From a virus: a DNA stretch of 64,000 nt. The stretch lies in IMG/VR virus record IMGVR_UViG_3300042261_001309, positions 1 to 64,000 of that record. One strand, written 5' to 3'. Below the pieces are notes generated by a model that saw only the letters and a list, made by a program, of their open reading frames with translations, did not search any database and had not been told where the DNA came from. Shown one piece after another: positions 29,901-38,900 of the stretch (the stretch's first letter is position 1; each line of letters opens with the position of its first letter). The position numbers and the translations under genes are program-made.

Positions 29901-32900
29901 GATGTTGGTTTAAGTAATGTTGAAAATACGGCGTTAAGTACTTGGGCAGGCTCATCCAATATTACAACGGTTGGAATGATTTCTTCCGGAACATGGACTG
30001 CTTCAGTTATCGACGTAGTACACGGCGGTACTGGTTTAAATACGGTTGCAGCCGGTTCAATCTTAGCCGCAAATACCGCAAATACGCTGAGTGCCATTAC
30101 TTCAGCTAGCGGCACGAAAGTACTAAAGAATATTGATGGTGTAGTTTCATGGGATACTGTGGCAGGTATCAGCGGAATAACCGGAACAGGTACAACTGGT
30201 AAAATACCGAAATGGAGTTCCGCTTCCGCATTAACCGATTCCGTAATTACAGAAAGCTCTTCGAATATCGGTATCGGATCTACCTTGCCTCAAGCTAAAC
30301 TAGATATTGCCGGCAGTATTTTAGTTGGAACGACTCGCCGATTTTCATACGATGGTTCAACTGGTAGCGTATACATTCGCGGAGATTCTGGCGGTTATGC
30401 CAATGCTTATAGCTTTTTAAATAATTCAGGAAGTAATTTAGGCGGGTTTGGAGTTTTCGGCGGTGCAGATGACCTCGCTTACTATTACGTAGGAACCTAT
30501 GGCGCAGAAAAGCTGATCATAAATACTACCGGCGATGCCGGATTCGGGATTACTCCAACTAATTACGGACACGGTGGAAATAATAAACATCTGCAGGTTT
30601 ATAACCCTAACACAGTTCAAAATTCACAGTCGCATTTATGGCTGTTATCAGGTTCCACTGTAGCCAGTTCTTCTGTGGGTACAATTTCTTGGGCATTACC
30701 AAACGCCACATCTACCCAAAAAAATATAGGCTTAATTGCTGGTGTGACGGGATCAGGTTCTACCGCAGGTACACCTAGCATGTATATGTCCTTTTATACC
30801 CGTAACACTACGGATATTAATTGGGCGGAACGGATGCGCATTTCTGAACTCGGGTATGTCGGAATTGGGACAGGTACTCCCGCTTATAAATTAGAGGTAA
30901 ATAGTGGAGCTACCCAAGGAATAGCTAAATTCGATAATGATTACGGAACGGTTTTATTAGTTGCTGATTCAAATGCAAATTACATCGAAAGCGCAAATAC
31001 TACCTTCTCGGCTGTAAAGAACCTAAGAATTACCGGGTATCTTGCACAATCCCCAGCCTTAACCCAAATTGACGGCACAAATATCTATTTAAATGGCAGC
31101 GTAGGAATCAATACCGCAGATCCTGGAACTTATAAATTAAATGTAAACGGTACAGCTAATTTTTCAGATGAAGTAACCATCGCTACGCTTAATGCGCCTA
31201 AATTAAAAAGGTATATAGCTGGAGCATTAACCGCAGGTAACTGGTATCGCATCGCATATCAAGGGCGTTTAGTTTACAACAGTCCTGCAGGAGGAACGCG
31301 AGCATCAGCCAAAATAACCTTATATGATGTCGTTTCTAGTTACCATTCAACTACGTCATTCTGGGTAAGCTACCATTTCGGTTTACAACCAACAATTATA
31401 TTATTGGGCCGCAGCTCCTACGGATCCGGCGGTATATTTTCAAAAATACGCCTAATTACAGGATCAACTTACGATGGCTGTGCACTAGAAGTTTATTGCG
31501 CAAACAACGCTACAGCTAACTATTGTTATTATACTATAGAAAATAACGATCAAATTAACGGATTCACTACAGCTTTATTTACAGCGGGGAGTATACCTGC
31601 AAATTTCACAGCTAATGTATTAGATTTTAGCACAGATAATCCAATATACGCAGCTACCACTGAAGCAGCATCTAATGCCATATTTATTAACCGTTCAGGA
31701 GTAATCCAAGCACCAAGCTTAACTTTCACAGCCGGAGGTCAAATCGGCGGCACCGCTAGTGGTCCTGCTATTTATTCACAGGACAATACGCTCGCCGGTA
31801 GATTTTATAACGGAGCCAATTATTTAAACGGTTCACTTACTGTACGTAACGACGCAGACAACGCAACCAATCTATTAGTTGAAAATACCGGTAACGTAGG
31901 CATTGGAACAATCTATCCACAGTCTAAATTACACGTAAACAACAGTAGTACAACTGGAACTGTTTTAATCACTGGTGTAGGCGAAAGCACCAGCACAATC
32001 GGTGCCTTAAATTTCCGACACATAACCTACAATACCGCCACAGTAGCCTCTGTAGAATGTAGGAGAACAGTTGATGACGCAGTCGGGCAATTAGTATTTA
32101 CAACCGCGCCAGGCTCAGCATCCCCAGCTGTTGATAGAATGATTATTACGGCTGACGGCAAAATAGGTATAGGTACCGTCATACCGACTGCAAATTTGCA
32201 TGTTTATTCAGGCTCCAATTATGGTTCACCTTCATTGTCAGCTGATACTTACAATTTATTTAAAATTGGAACCGCATTAAGTCCAGAATTAGCATTTGGT
32301 AGCTACAGCGCTTCGCCATATGCAATGTGGCTACAAACTAAAACAACTGCCAATAATGGAACATATTGGCCGCTGGCGATTAATCCATTGGGAGGCAACG
32401 TTGGGATTGGTACTTCTGCACCATCGGCTCTTTTGCACGTAAACGGGAATACGTATGTCAGCGGTACGTTAACTTTAAGTAATTTAACTGGCCATTTATA
32501 CGCAACCAACGGTAGCGTTGGAGTTACTTCAGTTTGGACCGGTAATGCACCTACACCCGCTGCGCACAATATATTAGATTCTACTGTTCATGGCGATACA
32601 TTAACAACCGCTGTTGCACGAGGATCTATTATAATTGGCAATAGCACGCCAAAATGGACAGCGCTAGGAATAGGTACTACAGCAGGATACGTATTAAAAA
32701 CCAGTGGAACAGATCCATATTGGGCTTTGTTAGATACTAATCATCATTCTCTTCAGGGATTAGGTGACGACGATCATACACAATACGCTTTATTAGCCGG
32801 ACGAACAGGTGGGCAAACGCTATACGGTGGCACAGCTGCGGCAGATAAACTAATCCTTCATGGATCCACTGCGGGTACTGGCGCCATATATATTAATCCT

Positions 32901-35900
32901 GGAAATGCTGGAGTAGTTATCGGTGGTACTGGCTCTGATTCCACCGTAGCTCGTCTATACGTTGTAGCCGACAGTAAAAGCGCTCTCCGCACCGATGCCA
33001 GCTATACGGCAGCACTTGGTGAAACCGTTACCACCACATGTACAGCGTTTGCGAATTATCAAGATATCGTTAATAGCGGTACGATGACAAATTATGTATA
33101 TAATAATTACTCCAGCTTAACGTTAGGTGGAACCGGTAGTTTTGCAAATGCTGTAAATATTTTTGCTTATACAAAATTAACTGGTGGCACAGCTAAAACG
33201 GTTACAGCCTTAACGCAATATTTAAGTCGTATTTATGCAGATGCAACTCCAAATGCGGGAACTATCACTTCGGCTTATCATTTTAAAGCCGACGACGCAA
33301 CCGACAATTTAACAATAACCACCCAATACGGGCTGTACATATCCGCATTAACTAAAGCTTCAACTAATTGGGCAATTTATACTGCGGGCACAACGCCAAG
33401 TTATTTTGGTGGTGCCGTGACCATTGGTGGCGCAATTAGTTCAGGCTCACTTTCCGTTGGTTCGTTGACTGGCGTATTAAAAGCAAGTGCCGGAACAGTA
33501 ACTGCAGGCAGCGTAGCTCTAGGCTCTGAAGTAACTGGAACACTACCTATAACTAATGGTGGCACAGGCCTAGCTACTGTTGCAATTGGTTCTATTTTAG
33601 CCGCTAATTCTGCCGATGCGCTAAGCGCAGTCACTTCTGCTAGTGGAACTAAAATACTTAAGAACGTAAATGGTGCCATTTCTTGGGATACTGTCTCGGG
33701 TATTAGCGGTGTAAGCGGCACAGGTACTACTGGCTATATGGCTCGTTGGACAAATTCAACAACCATTGCTGCTTCATCTGTATTATATGACGATGGTACT
33801 AATGTTGGAATTGGTACGACTTCACCAGTAGAGACACTGACGATTTATAAACCAGCAGGATCAAATTCTAGTCTATCCCTAGGCGATGGTGATGTTGCTC
33901 ACGGCGTTACTTCCCTAGCCAAAACAAACGTATGGCTGCTTGCAAATGAACATACTACCGATAAAGGTGGTGCGCAATTAACAGGCTTTTCAGATGCCCC
34001 AGATAATCCAGCCTTCGAAATAAAAGGCGTAAATACCACCGATCCAGATACAAATATACCGGCTATTACGCTAGATGGTTATAGCGCAAACGGTACCGGC
34101 GTTAAAGCCTTGGCCGCCACAAAAACTGTTTTACAAATTCAAAACAGCGGCTCAGCTTTAATGAGCATTTTAGGTAATGGTAATGTCGGAGTTGGAATAA
34201 CTAATCCAGAAACTAGCTTAGTGGTGGCCGGCCCCACCGTGTATTCCAACCCTACATTTACACACTATCAAAATTTAGCCTATTACAGCTACAGTGGTGC
34301 GCCAACTGAAACAGGTACAAAGATAATTACGCTACCTCAAGGTTGGACCAGCACCATGATGTCGATAACTGTTAAGGGTTACGATTACAGCGGTAATGGC
34401 GGCTGGGAAGCGATCGTAAGTGGCTATAATTATGCTCCTAGCCCAACTTGGATTAATACTTCTGCAGAAATACGAGGAAAAGCACCGTTCACATCCGTAC
34501 GCTTAGGTTATAACACAACTAGCAGTAAAATGGTTCTAATGCTTGGAACCTCTACCACCGTTTGGAATTATCCTAAATTATCTGTCAGTGACTTTTATGC
34601 TGGGCACAGTAACGTAACAGGTTGGGGTACAGGTTGGTCAATTATCAACGATCCCACTGAAACAGGTATTGGATCGGCGTACACTGTTAACGTAACAGCA
34701 CCAATATGGATTGATTCTAACGGGGCCGTAGGTATCGGTACAAGCATTCCGACTAGTCACGCACCAAACCGTAAATCAGTAATTATTTCTGATACGGCTA
34801 ATGACGCGTTACTTGAGATTTGGGGACAAAGTGGGCAAAAATCAATCGTCCAATCCGCCGGTGGAAATACTTACATGGGGGTATTAGCTGGCCCGGGTAA
34901 CTTAAATCTTACCTACGGCCCCAGTGGTAATGTCGGGTTAATCATGCAAAATACCACGGGTAATATAGGTATAAATACTACCGACTTTACCGGGTATAGG
35001 TTAAACGTAAACGGTAATACAAATATCACTGGTACGCTAACAGCCAGTAGTTTGCTAAGCGCCAGCGCACAGATAGTCTATCCTTACGCTAAAACTGATA
35101 CGACTTTAAGGACGGGCATATCCATTTATAGTAACGATAGCACAAATCAATTTAACGTAGCTATTGCAATGCTTGGCGGTGCGTCTCAATCGGCTAGAAC
35201 CGCAGTAATTCAAACCTCGGAAGCTGGTGTATCTAACACAGGAAACATAGCACTACAAGTCTACGGTGGAAATGTTGGAATTGGAACAGCCGCTCCAACA
35301 GCAAAATTAACAATCGTCGGAAATTCTTTAACTGGGGCAGAGGCTACTTACGGTGGTTACATTAAAATCATTGGCGGAGGAGGAGCCTTAACGTCTACTG
35401 GAGGTATTGAATTTTGCGCAGCTACTAGTGGCGCAGGTTATGGTTTTCGTATAGCCAATCCTGATTTGGGTACCGGAGAATGCCCGTTGTATATAATGAG
35501 CCGTTGCGTAAGTGCTTCTTGGACACTAGCGATGTCTATTCTTGGTTCAAATGGGTTTGTGGGTATTGGCAGTGCCACCCCTACACAAAAATTAGATGTA
35601 GCTGGAAATATTGTGGCTTCCGGTTCTGTTGGTGCTACAACCGTATATCCAATTGCGGATAATTCCTATACTTCAGGCTCAAGCTATGCACGCTGGTCAA
35701 CGGTTTATGGTGTAAATGCAGACTTCAGTGGCAGCTTAACGGTTAAAGGCCTTTATAATACCTCAGATTATACTGAACGAGTATTTCAAAGCGCGGCAGC
35801 ATTTGTGAATGGCGAAGCCGACAAGGCTGTAGATATACGGCTATCAAATTCAATCTGGGGATGGATTGAGCTGGAAGTGACAGGCTCATATTATATCGAT

Positions 35901-38900
35901 AATACAACTGGTAAATTAACAAAGATATTTGCTTTTGGTGGTAACGACGGAGCACTGTATTTACAGAATACGCGTGTTAGTGATGCAATGGGGTATATCT
36001 CCAGCCATATAACAATAGGTGACATTGTTTGGGATGGTGCAGTAAGTAAATGGAAAATAACCGTATATCACACTTCTACTTACGGCAATACTTACACATT
36101 CAAATTAAGGTCATTTAGTCATGGCGGTGCTGCGTCATTATTATCCGGTGCGGCAGTTTCTGCGATATACACGGCTGCGTCACCACTAACAAGGCAATAT
36201 ACCTATTATAACGATCGTTTAGGCGTCGGTACCTCAACCCCAGCTGAAGTATTAGACGTAAACGGAAATATCGCGTTACCTGGAGCTACCAATTATTTAA
36301 CTTTTGGTGGCGGGGCCGGAGGCAGTAGAAGATTGAAGCTATATGAAACTTCGGTTATTCATGCTGGATTAGGAATCGACTTAGCTGGTGGCCCATACGA
36401 ATTAAGTATATACGGCATGGCCGGTGATGCAGGGCAAGGAAGGATAAGTTTTGGTTTTGCAGCAAATGCCAATCCCGGAACATACAGCGAAAAAGTAAGT
36501 TTCTTGAATAGTGGTAATGTTGGGATCGGTATAACTAATCCAACCGGTAAATTGCAGGTATCAATGCCAGGTATGGCTGCGTCATTAACCTATACGCAAC
36601 CAGGGTTATTGCAATTAACTGATACTACAGGCCCAACGGAACTAGTATTTACTGTCGACGGTGTTGGACCTTACGCCGCAGCATTACAACACAGGCACGC
36701 CACATTGTCCGGTTACAGTTATCCAATAACAATTAATCCATTAGGCGGCAATGTTGGTATTGGTACTATAGCACCTTCTGAATTATTGCACGTAAACGGC
36801 AATATCTTAGCAACACGAATTAACTTCAGCGCTGGCGGAGCTATAGCGGGCACAGCTAACGGCCCAGCCATTTATTCTCAAGACGGCTCACTCGCAGGTA
36901 GGTTTTATAACGGTAACAATTATTTAAATGGCGCTCTCGTTATCCGTAGTGATGCTGATGTGCAAAACATGATTGTTACAGACACAGGCTACGTAGGCAT
37001 AGGTACGGCGTCACCGACAACAAAACTTGAGTCTAGCGCCGTATACGGCGATCCGGCGACTTCTGGCTCGAGTCCAAACGGTATGCTGGCACTGACAACG
37101 GCAAGTGCGTATCGGGGCATATATTTAGGAATATCGAGTAACGCCACCGCGAATTATCCTGGTTGGCTACAAGTATCAGATTGGAATGATTTATCTCAAA
37201 CTAGAAATTTCATTTTAAATCCTCGCGGTGGATACGTAGGTATTGGAACCGTAGATCCAACCGCAAAATTACATGTATATGGCGGCGGTGTTAATGTAGG
37301 CGGTTCCGTAACAAGCACAGGAGCCTCAATTAACGGGCTAACCGTCAGTCAAATTGTTCGTCCTGCAAGCGACAACACTTATACATTAGGCACCATCGGT
37401 TATCGTTGGAGTACTATTTACGGGGTAGATTGCGCGTTATCTGACGAGTTATCCGTTCAAGGGCGTATTTGGGGTACTGATTGTACATTTAGCGGAACCG
37501 TAACCAGCGCTAACTTAATCGGTGTAGCTAATGAAAATGTAGATTCTTCTTCCTATTGTTTAGGTGACATATCTTCTACCGAATGGACGTACGAGTATAA
37601 AGCTTTAGGTTATGGTGCAGATGTACAATCCAACTACACCGTTGATCCTACCTACGGAAAAGTAAATTGGCTTAACTATAATGGAGCGGCCGGGAATTAC
37701 GGGGTACTGTCTTATCGCATTTGCACTCCTGCGGCGGTAAGTAGTATTACATTTTCAGTTCCTGCAAAATTGGCACTGGGTGTATCTACAGCTATCGCAG
37801 TTGCCATTTATAATAGTGCGGCAAATACTGTGTTAGCTTCCACGGCCTATACGCTTACCAGTAATTGGCAAAATTGCACAGTTACCTATAACAGCCCCAG
37901 TGCAAATACAGAATATATTGTAGTTATTAACTGCAATAACGTAAGTGGCGCCAGTGTACAAGCTCAAGCGTTAGTTGGAAAAGCTACGTGCACAATGGCA
38001 GGTACTAACAACGGCATAACAGAAAGCAGTTACACTCGGCTTACAGTTACCAATGACGCATTGGAAGATGACCTTTGGAATATCCAATCCACTAGAGTAA
38101 ATATCGCTTCACCGTTCTCAAGATACGTCATCGATACCGACGCCACTACGTTAATGGTTGAAATGGTATCAACCATGCGTGCGGCAATTTCGAGTCTGGC
38201 ACATATTGCGTATAAGGTAAACGGAGAAGCTGCAGGCGTAATAGCAGCGACCACTAACGGCTTAGTAGAACAGCATGTAATTACGTTACCGGCTGGGCAT
38301 AAACGAGTAGAATTTATTAATGGTCCAACTTCAAAGCCCAGTGCAACTATTTTAGGTACTTGGCTACGCGCAATATTTGTACCCGGCACGGCCAGAGTGG
38401 CTACTGTAAAAAGTAAGGTAAACGATTGCAGAATAGCAATCTATGGTGACAGTATTTGCGTTGGTAATAGTGATACAAGTGCCGCACTTCAAGCTTGGCC
38501 GGTTCAACTACGTGAACGTAACGTAGGCAGCGTAGCTGTAGATGCTTACGGATGGCGTAATCTATGGGATGACAAAAACGATTCCGCCGGTTGGTATGTA
38601 CCACTAGCTAGATCAATTAATCGCTTTAAACCTACTCATATTTGGTTAGCTATCGGAACAAACGACTATGGGCTGTATAAACAAAATGCTGCAAGTTTCC
38701 GTAAAACTTACGATGCCTTGCTTGATTTATTACACGCTCAAAATCCTCAAGCAAAAATATTCTGTCAGTCGCCGATAACTCGAACAGATTCTCCTTCTCC
38801 TACGTACGAAGTAATCGCAAACTATAGAACAGCCGTATCGGCAAGCGCTACAGCCCGACCGGATTTTGCGCATTTCGTGGACGGTACCGCAATTATTGCA

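Noticed and set aside
29380-32730. Diversity-generating retroelement TR/VR pair in the fibre gene
   Set aside because: Differences between the copies are mostly synonymous and not adenine-specific, both copies are coding, and no reverse transcriptase is in the window
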